Positions 50,816 through 62,479 of a stretch of 64,000 bases of DNA are shown piece by piece. The notes below the pieces were generated by a model. The model was not told where the DNA came from. It searched no databases and saw only the letters and a program-made list of their open reading frames with translations. Position 1 is the stretch's first letter, and each line of letters opens with the position of its first letter. Both the position numbers and the translations under genes were made by a program. Origin of the DNA: Paecilomyces variotii (taxonomy: Eukaryota); assembly GCA_004022145.1 (NCBI GenBank), contig RCNU01000001.1; one strand, given 5' to 3'.

Positions 50816-53573
50816 TTATGCTTCGGCGTTCTCGATCATGTCCTCGTTCAGCTCGTATTCGTCCTTCCAACGCAACTCCTGAGACATGGCAATATCCAAC
50901 AACCAGTCGACCCGGACGATCCGCGGCACCTTTCCGACGTCGCGGACCATCTGGCGGAACCGCGGCCACAGCTTCACTTGGTCGGGCTGGGTACTGCTGA
51001 GAAGATACACTTCCTTTGAAGTCGAACGTCTTTCTTCTTCGTCATCGCTTTCGTCACTGTCCGGCCGATGGTGGCTGCTCATGGCTACACGTGCACGGAA
51101 AAGGGCGCATTCGCCCCCGTTGATCTCAACGATGGATTTGAACGCTTCAAATCCTCCTCGAATGGATTCGACGCAGTACACATTGTGTCCTCGAAGAAGC
51201 TTGTTCTTGTTTATCTTGGCTCTGGATCTTGCTTCCTCAAGCGAGAAGCCGTATTTGCTTTCAGCAGCCTTGTCTTCCAAAATGAAATCATTGGGGTCAA
51301 GAAGTTGATCCTTCTTGAGACATTGCGTAATGAAGTCGACATTGATGATCACTGGCCCATATGCCAGCGCGTTGACGAACTTGGGCGTACGCAAAATCGA
51401 GGGAGCTGCTAGGTGAGTGCAATTGCGCGCTTCCTGGATAATGACGATGCCCAGTTCCCGAAGTTGTCGCTAGATACGGTTAGAAAATACAATTCATAAG
51501 ATCTCAGAATGCTTGACAAACCTTGTCCGCATCTTCCTTCTTTTGATTTCCCACCCATCTCTGAAAGCCAGTAATCAATAGGCGCATTGTCACTGGCGGT
51601 TTTGACTTCTTCAGCCTCTTTGCCTCGGATTCTTCCTCCACATTGCTTTCTTCCTGGCCATCAGTCGATTTTCTCTTCTTAGCATGAGTGATCCTGTCTT
51701 CGTCACTCTTCCTTCTACCACCGTAAATGACACCACCAACGCGTTTCAATTCTTTCTCGTACAGTGCAATGTCGGGCGCTATCTCGTGCAATCGCGCGGC
51801 AGCGGCCTCCTTAGACTTGCGGCTACTTGTTGTGGAAGGCGTGTCGTTCTCCTTTCCATCCGCTAGAAGACGTGAAAGAATGGGTGTTCTCATCTTCTCA
51901 CCATTCTCGACATTATGGGATGTGGTAGCAGATCGAGGCGTCATGGCACGTGTGTCAGGAGCAGCATCACCCTTCTTCTTGGTCTTAGTTTTTGGAGGCT
52001 TCATAGCATCAGCAGTTGAACTCGCTGCCACATTTTGGTCCTTCTGTTTCATCACTCTTGCTGGGCTTGCAGCTTCCGGCGTCTCCTCGGAGGGAAAGAA
52101 GAGTTGTTCGAGAACAGTCTTGTCGAGTTTCGTTTGACCGACAACTTCTCCCAAATTTGTCCGCTTTGGAAAATGCGTATAACGTGGATCCGAGACGGGC
52201 TGTTGCTTCCACTTTGCATAGCTCTCTTCCAGCCATAGATGATTGACGACTTGCAGACCCCATTCTTTGGCTGCGCTGCACTTCTCACTGTTTCCATGGG
52301 CGGTGACAAGATGCGTGTTATCCTGTCTCAATGTTCTCGTGCATTCTGCACCGGTGGCAGCAATGAGGTTTTCGAGATATGCTCGCGCTTCACCTGCGTA
52401 GTTCGAAAGACTGATCTTCAATCCCTTGAATCCGGGGATCGGGGTACGCGAGACGGGATAATGCAGCAGACGACGCATAGGAGACGTCCAAGTGTTGTGA
52501 GTGATCAGGTGGTACAACCAAGATAGATTTCCGACGTCCTTCCCTAACCTCGAGGCGAGCCTGTATTCGAACCCTTCCCGATAACGACAGATAAACATGT
52601 CCGCTTTGGAGACGTCAGATGTGAGACTGCCGCCCCCTTGCTCGATGAGGCTCTCTATTGAACCATGCAGATGAGACCCGATCTTAAGGTCGGACGATAG
52701 CATCACTTTCTTGCCCTCGAAAACGTCCAGCTGGCGTTTGGTTTGAGGTGTCTTGACTGGGCTCGGCAGATTGGAAGGTTCTGGCGTTGAGGCGCCTACG
52801 ATATCCTTATTCTCATAAGCACGAATTGGCATGTCAGGACCGGCGCGCAGGATTTCTGGATCGGGTAGAATGTATGGGCGTTCGGGGATCCTTCTGCCTA
52901 GTTTCAAGCAGTCGTCGAACCTGACCCGGTGAGAAGGGAGCAAAATTAAGAGGGTGGAGCGACCTACCAATGAGGAAGTACTATTTTAACGTTCAGTTTC
53001 TTCGCCAGCACGATCTTTGCTTTGTCGGAGTCCGTCGTCAGATCCACAAGGTGTGTCACCATGGCGGTGATCCTAGAGCTGTAGAGACCACCCATTGCCA
53101 GGACACCTCCGATTATCGCGTCCTTATCACCTTCGGGAATATCACCGCAAGTAACAACCACGTCATTTAAAAACAGTCTCGGGTCTGGGTTGTGTTGTCG
53201 GGGATTAGCAAGCTTCATCTTTGCGATAGAAACCTGCACCCATTGCGGCTTGACCACAGGTATAAGAGCATCGCACGCTGCTTGGTATCCAGGGAAGTCG
53301 ATCGTAGGTGAAATAAAGTGCGTGAACTCCTGGACTGAAGGGAATATCGATGATGCACTGTGGATGACCGTTTCACCGCCATACTCTTTCATCGAGATGG
53401 CAAGCTAGAACTAGTCAGTTTGGGCCCGCTGAAACTATATCCATATCCGCGATTGAGAAGATTCGCATAATATTCCCTACCTGGTTGGCTGCATCTTCGT
53501 CAAAGTCCTTGGAGCAGACAATGCAGATCTTGCATTGTCCAAAGAGTTGGACCCCCTCCTCGTGGTCCGCCAT
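50816..53573 (-). CDS. Multi-BRCT DNA-repair scaffold (Rtt107/Brc1-like)
   Basis: Exons 53573-53481, 53404-52968, 52920-51522, 51469-50816. Repeated BRCT signatures (VVKPQWV, VLPHWFDDC, GNLSWLY, VVNHLWLEES, VRVDWLLD) and RLLHYP. Confidence 0.88.
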
Positions 53574-53755
53574 GGCCCCTCAACCCCAATTACAGGGTGA
53601 CCAGCTAGTAGGTTTCAAAGTCTTGTCTGCAGAGAGACCACGAAAGGAACCGCTACAGGCTAGGGGAAAGGGGAGAAACTTGTGGTAATGAGAATTCAGA
53701 CCGTAGTGTTCCGGGGAAAGCGTTGTAAATTCGCCTGGCGACAAGATCATCTGCG

Positions 53756-53782
53756 ACGCGGGCCAGACGCGAGATAAACGCG
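53756..53782. promoter_or_regulatory. Triple MCB core upstream of the BRCT gene
   Basis: ACGCG at 53756, 53767 and 53778 (11-bp spacing), followed by an E-box GTCACGTGA at ~53797. Confidence 0.5.
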
Positions 53783-54397
53783 CCGCCTGACACCATGTCA
53801 CGTGATGTCAATATCCCAATTAATGGGCAGTGATTTCTACTGTCAATGCTCTGAATAAACCTTCATGAAGCTGGATCTGACACTTATTCTATATGGGAGT
53901 TCACAATCATAGTAAATCCGTGTATAACTGATGCCAGCGGTAGTCATGGTCATCTCTGTCGATATTCGTCACTGTACTGCTCGTGCCGAGGCTTGGAGTT
54001 TCTCTGCCCCATCTAAGTACAATATTTTGGAGCATCCTGCAGCGCGGCGAAGAGAGTAGATATTAATATTCCCTAGCCTTTTCCCCAGACTCTGCGGAGC
54101 AAGACATACTTTACTGATCGTTGTTGGGGTTCGTCAACCAGCATACTGGCATATCATTTATCTAGAGGCGTTCGTTTGAGTGCCACCGGCAGCTCCCTTT
54201 CCCGCATCCACAGCGAGATCCTCGGCACATCGCCGTACGCCGGCAACGGGCGCCGGACCCTGGTGCCAGTCCTAAACCTCGCTATCGTAAATGAACGACT
54301 CCTAAACAAACCCCTAAAGCCAGTCTTCAAGGTCTTTGGGGATCTGTCAAGATTGCAATAATCCGCTTTCTACCCCTACCAAGCAGAGCTGGCCATC

Positions 54398-55911
54398 ATG
54401 TCTTCCGGTCCTTTTCGTATCGTCGAGCATGTGGTTCCCTGCCAATACATCAGAGAGTATCCGCAGGCCACGTCTAATGAACAGGAAGATGTGCTGCACC
54501 TAGCCGTGAAGCAGTACATTCCCCTCGATAACCCGAATCCTCAGCGCGGAGATGTAACTATTATCGCTGCTCATGCAAACGGTTTCCCCAAGGTGAACTT
54601 GTCTGTACATCCGGAGCGGCGAGACACTGGAAGTTAATATTAGTCTTAGGAACTGTACGAACCACTATGGGAAGAGCTGCATGCGCGTTCCAAATCTCAT
54701 GGCTTCCGAATCCGAAGTATCTGGATGGCAGATGTTGCCCATCAAGGAGAGAGCTCGGTGATCAACGAAGATCTCCTGGGAAATGACCGTACGCAATTCC
54801 TTGCCATTCTCATTTCCTACAATGACAAGACCCTCTAACTCATGCTGCAGCTAGCTGGTTCGATCACTCCCGGGACCTTCTCCATTTGATCAACGTCAAA
54901 CGCCATGAGATGCCTCGTCCACTCGTGGGAGTGGGGCATAGTATGGGCGGTGCTCATATGTTAGTTTCCCTAGTCGCAGTTGACTTTTCTCTCTCTGTGA
55001 AATATCCATATCTAACAGTACGCAGTGCTAAACTTTCACTGCTACATCCTCGTCTATTGCATTCTGTGATCTTGCTCGATCCTGTGATCTACCGACAATC
55101 CACCTATGACGGGACACGCAGCTTTCACAAGGCGGGCAAGAATGTCCCCATCACGACGAAGCTGTCAACATATAGACGCGACATATGGCCTTCTCGAGAA
55201 GCTGCAGCAGAAAGCTTCAAGAAGAGTCCATTCTACAAAGCCTGGGACCCTCGTGTTCTAGAACGCTGGATCAAATACGGTCTTCGTGAGCTTCCCACAG
55301 CTATCCATCCATTAGATGAGACCGCCAAAAGCAAAGGCGAAAAACCAGTGACTCTCACAACAACTCTGCATCAGGAGGTCTTCACCTTCTCTCGACCAAA
55401 CTATGACTTCAGCCCTTCCCAAAACACACCTATTAACAAGTTCACTCATCCCGATTTCGACCCGTCGTTGGACTCTTATCCCTTCTACCGGCCCGAGGGT
55501 CCACTCATCTTCTCACAGATCCAGCACCTTCGACCTAGCGTGCTTTACATATCTGCCGGGAAATCAGATCTATCCACACCTGACCTGCGCGCTGACAAGT
55601 TAGCCGTGACCGGCACAGGCGTCGGAGGAAGCGGCGGCGCCCCCGCAGGCCGTGTCCAAGAATTATTCCTAGAGGATCGTGGACATCTTTTAGCCCAGGA
55701 AGTACCTAATGAATGCGCAGATGCAGCCGCGAGCTGGTTTGGCAAGGAGCTCCAACGGTTCAGGGAAGAGGAAGAAGCGTTCCGGGCACAGTGGAGTCGG
55801 AAATCCAAGGTGGAAAAGATGACAATCGACGAGGAGTGGAAGAAGCATATTGGTCCACCTCTGCGGAGAGAAAATGGGAATGGGAAGAAGGGTGAGAAAT
55901 CGAAGCTCTAG
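54398..55911 (+). CDS. Alpha/beta hydrolase with peroxisomal PTS1 (Abhydrolase_6 / Lpx1-like)
   Basis: Exons 54398-54592, 54650-54788, 54851-54959, 55026-55911. HANGFPKELYEP, nucleophile GHSMGG, GHLLAQE, C-terminal SKL*. Confidence 0.9.
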
Positions 55912-56485
55912 ATTCACTCTGTTTGTCTTGTATGTTTTCTTCCCTTTCCCCCCATTTTTACGTCAGAGATGACTTACTCAACAAATGCAGCTTTGGCATT
56001 GTATCTTCTTTTGTCTTATAGAATGGGCCATTCATGAACTTCAAGAGACTCTTTCTTCTTTGACAAGATTCTGAATGTTTTTTATATTTTCTTTATTGTA
56101 TTGTTTAAATCAGTAAACATCAAGAATAGTCCATCATCAACAGGGATATCCATAGCTAGCGGTCATAATTCAACACTGCAAGTATCAAGAGAAAGCATCC
56201 CAGTTCACGCCACCTTCTTTCCTTTTCTTCCATCTCTATATTCGACCTTTGCTCCATTGATGCACGGTATCCTAAAAGAATGAGCATAAGACAAAGAAAA
56301 CGCGGCATACATTCGTGCCGGCACGTCGCGAGCATCTATCCAAGTCACGTGCAGGCGGATCATCATGCAAACTTATCACGAAAGTTTGGGAAAAGCCAGC
56401 ATATAGGGGTCCATTGTGAGATGTGAGCAAGATGACTTGAAAAATTGTGTATCTAAATATAAGGTTGGGGTGAGGGGGTTCTGGC

Positions 56486-57701
56486 TCATGAGTCCTTCTT
56501 GGACGAGCCGTTTTCGTGGCTACTCTCGGGCTGTACCCGAACGAGCTCGGGGAAGTTGTAGAAATGAGGCCACTGCAGCATGAATTCATCCTGGTGGTTG
56601 TTCAGGCACACGCGAAGCCAAATACCCCAGATGATGTAGAGGTAGGCGCCAATACCAGTCATAAGATGCCTGCTCCCAATTAGTTCCGGAAATAATCTAG
56701 AATAGTAATTGGTAGGAAGATACTCACCACCAGCCGTGTCCCTCCAGGAGCACCCCCCATGGTAGACCGACAACTCTTCGCCACCTTCTCAAAGTAGGGC
56801 AGAATTGGTTGTCGAGGAACCAGATGAAGAAGCCACCGAGAAACATAGCGAGTCCATATACGACCATGAACCACATTGTCTTCAGGGTCTTCAGATCCCG
56901 CACATTCTCGTAGTGCAGTCTTTCTTTCGAAGGTGTGGGCAAACCCTTTCTCTGTCGCTCCAAGCGATCTTCTTCGGTAGTCTTGCGGAGCGAGGGACGC
57001 AACGTTACCTCCATGATCCACATGCTGCGTAACACGATGACGGTTGTCAAGAGCGCATATGCGTTTTGGTGGAAGACTGGATCCTGCAGGTAGTGATAAT
57101 ACAGCGTGATGAATACCGACAGAGCTGTCAGCGACACGGCGAGCGAGACCCGGGTCCAGATATCCCTGGAGTACGAAAAGGACGCATATGCCATCAAACA
57201 TGTTGTGTAGATCATGGAGAGTTCATCAACTAGCTGCATCGGGTCTAAACGGAGTTCTTCTGTTAGTTTGCAACTGCCCACCAAAATATACTGGAACGAC
57301 GAAACGTCTCAGGAGGCTTGACTTGCATTTCAGAGTTGAATGGAACAGAAAGCTGCCAGTTCCCACCACAAGGTATCCGAGAAAAGAAACCTGGAATACC
57401 GTGTCATGTCTGTTTCTGCGACAGCTCAGATAGCCTTTGATTCCCAGGTACATGAACATTAGATTGGTGAAGCTGTTGACGACCTCTGCGGAGTACGGCG
57501 TGGCATAGTAGTCCTATCCTCAATGGATTTCCATTATCAGCCTGCGCCTGTTCTCAATTCAAACACATCCCTCCCATATTCGCGCGGGATCGCCGGATAA
57601 CATCAACATACCTCTTCGCACCAGTTCAACGTAGAAGTAACAGGGCTCCAATATCCAGGCTTGGCAGCCGGATATGGGACGAAAGGAAGCCACCGAGGCA
57701 T
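56486..57701 (-). CDS. Alkaline ceramidase (Ypc1/Ydc1 family)
   Basis: GYWSPVTSTLNWCEEDY, GSFLFHSTLKYPMQLVDELSM, LLEGHGWWHLMTG across four exons. Confidence 0.94.
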
Positions 57702-59195
57702 GGCGGAGCACAAGACTGTCTAGATGGTGTCGTCCGTATTCAATTCCAATTCCCAGGAGGGGGAGATAAGGAATAAAAAAACGAGGCCGATGGAAGCTGT
57801 GGCAGTAAGTAAGGTTGGAGAAGTCGCAGCAGCTCCCGTGACGTATGCGCGGGTGCAGGCAGAAACACACAGCTTTCTCTAGACTAGTCTCGACTTCGAG
57901 TATCTCGACAACGCCAGAACGGCCAACGATAGACTCGACCCATGGCAACACTCCGCGTGAATCGCTGGCAATTGGCCACCCCGCGCGAAGCGGACATTCC
58001 GCGCTCTCCCGAATCACCGTTTGGGCGGCGGCAACGGGGATATTAGTAATGTCGCTATCCTCCGAAGCGGTTAGGTTCGATATTGTACAAGTAATCGCAG
58101 ACGGTCTGGAGTTGTCACGGTCACCGCTAGATCACTGATTATTATTATCGAGGGGGTTTCCTCCCTACTTACTTCCACCGTTACTTCCACTGGGAAACGA
58201 ACCGTAGATCGTCCATCACCACGAAGAACTACTAAAGTAAATACCATAAACCATCATGATCTCCAATGGCCCACTACCTAGATCCACTCACAATGGAATC
58301 ATCGTGATCTTCCCAGAATCCTACAAAGTCTGACACCCTCTTGTTGTAGCGCTAATGCCAGTCCTCTGATAAACTCACAGCCGAGTCCGCCTCACCGAGC
58401 CTCGGGATAGGGCACGGGGAGGTAATGATGCGTTAACAACGCTTCGATATTGTCCTTGATACCTGCTAGCGGTGATTATTTATATCGAGAAAAAGAGAAA
58501 ACTGCGCATGGGAAACTGGAAACGGAGAAGATCCTCACTGCAGGCGTGGTCAAATGCCCATAGGGCTTCTATAGCTTCAAGGGAATATACCAGTAGGTAC
58601 CTAGTTAACAACTAAAGTGTAGATGCTTATCTTAGCGCCTGTGATGATCTGTCCCGCTTATGTCTGCAATGTTAGGTCCTCACGTGTCGATAGGCTCCAT
58701 TGTTTCTGGCAGTATTAATTTCTCAGTTATCTCATGTGATGCACCGGATTCTCAGTAGCGAGTCTATATTTAGCTGGCTGCAGCTCTGATCTACAGAACG
58801 CTGCTGAAGGACAAAAAGATAAAGAGCGACAGTAGGTCAAAATGAAACGATGAATTGGGCTCGAAGAACGATGTCCTGGCATGCCAATTTTCCTTCTCAC
58901 CGCTCCACGAACTGGCCCATCAGCAGGAGACAGTTGGTTGGTCGAGTCTCATGTTCCAAACATGCAGAGAAAAGTTGGCTAGACTAGTCATGTACAGTTA
59001 TATAAGGGTGTTAGTAACGAAATATTGAAGATGAAATATTCCCTGTTGAATACATATACCTATGTAATAGAGCAATAAGCAATATAAAGCTTGGTGAGCT
59101 TTGCACTTAAGACAATTGCACCTTGGAGCTCTGCTTCCTATCTGCAGTCGTGGCTGTGGCTTTCCACAGTAGATAGTTCAGAAGAAATAATAACA

Positions 59196-59211
59196 GGGGG
59201 GGGGGGGGGGG
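59196..59211 (+). repeat. Poly(dG) tract, 16 nt
   Basis: Seen directly. Confidence 0.95.
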
Positions 59212-59479
59212 TAGAAAGACCGTAAGCGCTAAACATTGTGAACAAGACTGAGGCTCCCAGTTAGTGTTTACCAGCCACGAAGCTTGACTACAGCGTAGAG
59301 GTTTCTATTGGGAGCACGTATGTACCTACGTGTGCTGTATTTTGGCGGTCGTTAGGGCGCCCTGCTGCTGCTGAGGGTACAATGAGCAATGCTGAGTGTT
59401 AGAATTGCGCCCAATGCCTTTCCACACTCTCACTCTCTGCTGTCTCACGGCCTTCTCTAGGAGTCTAGGGCCTCCTTAA

Positions 59480-60290
59480 CTCTACCCTCTTTTCTTGCCA
59501 ACATTCTTCAACACATTGTCATCTTTCTCAGTGTTGCCATCCCACTCCATCTGCATGACCAAGAGCCCCTTCGCCTCAGGTCTATCGTTATCACAGCATA
59601 TGAATTCCGTCCTGTGTAATTTCATCCCGTTCGTCCGCCGGCCTGGACTTCGTCAGTTGACGGGTCGACTAGGACCAGCAGTGGGAGTGCAGCTGCCAAC
59701 CCAGAGCTGAAAACCGCAAAGGCCCAGTTATCGGTTGGTCGAGAGAGAGATTTGGTCATTTTTTTCTGGGCTGTAGCAGGCGTATCGGTCGGGTACATCC
59801 TCTGCTGTCTCATCGCCCATTCAAGCTATCGACTGACTGGCCCAATCCAACTTTTACCGGGACTGATCAATGCATCAGTTTCCACGTGCCACGGGACTTG
59901 TATACCATAACGAGGGACGTGTTATTCGACGTCTCATCTTCAGAGATAACAATGAACGCATAAGTATATGTGCGAATCTGTTTTGACGGTGATGACTTGA
60001 AGAACTCCCGAAGGTGTCTGATGAAGTGCTTGGTACAATCGCTGAGGTCATCAAAAGCTCCTTCATCGACCGCATTCTAGACATCTGGCTTGGCGAGTCG
60101 CCCATTGGGCAAGTTCAAGATCTCTTTGGCATGGCTCTCAGTCGCTTGGTTACAAGTGTTCTAAACCATGGCTGCTGTGACATCCTTCGTTCCATACGCG
60201 AGCACCTTGCCATCTTCAACGGCGTATTGGGTTCCCTGGTCAAACACGTTGCTAGCACCTGAAAGTAATTCAATTCCAATGGCTAGTCTT
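59480..60290 (-). pseudogene. Disrupted gene of unknown family
   Basis: One protein-like frame is broken by in-frame stops at 60163-61, 60079-77 and 59869-67 (..GAFDDLSDCTKHFIRHLREFF..YAFIVISED..LVMVYKSRGTWKL..). Frameshifted continuations follow: WAFAVFSSGL..LVLVDP and LHRTEFICCD..GLLVMQMEWDG. Confidence 0.6.
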
Positions 60291-61555
60291 GTACCCTGCA
60301 ACAGTCGAGCAAATGAGCGATCTGTTGTCTGGTGAAAACTCCAGCTTGCCAATAGACTCGGGACTCATAATAAATATCGCTTTCAGCCTTTTCATGGCGT
60401 TACATTGGCGCACCAGAACGATGGTGGTTGCTTCATATGATTTCTTTCGTGTCTATAGGAACAGGTACAATCCGAGTAGGTAGGTAAGTAGAGAGGCTGC
60501 GGGGGCTACACAAATTAATGGGGGTTTGTTGGGTATTTGCCAACAGGCTGCCCGTCAACAATTAATACCATACGTCCGTTGCAAGCTCAGCCTCGTAAAT
60601 TATTATGCGACACAACCAAGGAATGCCAAGACATAATACTCTTCTCCAGTTAGGAACTGAAGGAAACAAAACAGTAATGGCTCGCTCATACTGCCATGAC
60701 TTGTGATCTAGTTAATAGTTTACCCTGAAGGAGCAGGTGTGGTTATAGTCCGGATAACCGAAGTATGAGTCTTAGTCGGCGTTTTCCAGTAGCCTTTTGA
60801 GACTGACCGCAGTAAGTACTGGGCAAACGGGCCTCTTTCAAAGATCGTGTTTGCTCCTTCCTAGGCAGCTGGACAACATACGTCCTGGCATAATTCGTTG
60901 CCCTTCATCTTTGCTCTCATGACTTCGGGTTCTCCGAGAGATGGAATTTCTGGAAGCTAACATGCCAATCGAAATCCAGCCTCGCCATTATACAGGAAAT
61001 CGGTTGTCCTGAAAGTATTGATGCGTAAGGGGCACTGTCAATAGTGTGTATACTGGCGGCGCCAAATTGACACCTGATTGAGTATGTAGGCGATCCCCAT
61101 GCTAAGGCAGCCGGATCAGTTCAAATTTATAGATTGTCGAGGGTTAGAAAAGCCTGCTTGTACTTTGATTTGAACCGAAGCTTTGTTGAGATATGCTGAT
61201 TGATATGAATATATACAATGCAGTTATACAGGAAAGTTCTATGAAGGTTCAGTATGTCAGATCCCGCGGCTTCTGCTGGGAGAAGCTGCAAACCTGCTGC
61301 TTCCCTATACAAACCGGATAGCAACTGCAACGGGAAGCCACCTAGATCCACCTGCATGGGATCAAAGAAGACGGGAGTAGAACCGTGGAACAGTTGGATT
61401 AGGTGTTCAGTTCAGCTCTAGGCAGCTGCGATATTGGGATAGAGTCGAGGGTCATAAATAGCTATTAGACTTCGGTGTCCTTTAGTTCTTCAAGCAATCC
61501 AGAGGTCATTCTCGTTTCATATACTCCTTCAGAATCTTTGCTTCTGTGATCCTAG

Positions 61556-62230
61556 ATCTTCACACAATATTTCCTCCTGATCGACCTGTCTTTTTTTATC
61601 AAGACAGGCATTTGCCGTTGGTTTCTGATGATATTCCAGGTATAATGATGATGGAATGAAGTTAATCTTCTATACAGCCTATGCTAGAATCTTGACACTT
61701 GATGTCCACAGTAATGTGTGCTACGGTATGCTATATCCGAAATCCTATGGTCTTGGATGGACAGTAACGACTCGAAGGTGCTAACTGCAAGAGTCTGCCA
61801 ACCCAGCTGTTCTGGGACCAGGCTGACCAAAGCCACCCGTAACAGTCGTGGCTATGCAGGCTGTGTCACATCCCACACTTGCGGTAGCACGGAACAGTGC
61901 GACAAGTATCCGTATGCCTCGACCAGCAACGCTGATCAGGTCAGTGCGGTTAGCCGCTATGTCCCTCGTGACCAGAACCATCATGAGTCTACTGAGGGAA
62001 CTCAGACTTGAGCGGGGTTAATTGACTGATAGTGAATTAGGCCAGGCTCAGGCCCTTCGTCACTTCTACAACTCCCAGGGCAAATTTCGACGATGGAGAA
62101 TTTGGTGGTTGAAACCCAGGCACCTACACCGTGGGCTTTGCCAACGTTGGCGGTATTCGGTACTGCTTCGCCAGTGCCAGTGCCAGCTGCGCGAATGATG
62201 GCAACGAATAGACACGGAACGCAATGAAGC
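61556..62230 (+). pseudogene. Secreted NucA/NucB-type DNase pseudogene
   Basis: QCDKYPYASTS..SRYVPRDQN matches the family pattern CDEYPFAST..RCVP..QN. Downstream QAQALRHFY and VGFANVGGIRYC..CANDGNE. Frameshifts, stops at 62110 and 62209, and a dead splice donor ATGAGT at 61983. Confidence 0.75.
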
Positions 62231-62479
62231 TGTTCGCCCTTCTGATGAGGAAGCGTGATAGCTGAGCATCCAAGCGTTCGCCCATTCCGGGGTAGGGGAC
62301 ACGCGGGCTATCAGCTCAGGATTCGTCGTAGATTGCACTGCCTCCGCATGCTCAGACGCGCGCTAAATCTGTTTAGAGCCTTGACCAATCCGCTCTACTG
62401 TAAGCCATGAAGAACTACTGCGTTAGTAACATGAAGATAAACATAGTTACGTTAGATTTGCAATATACAAGAAATCCTA

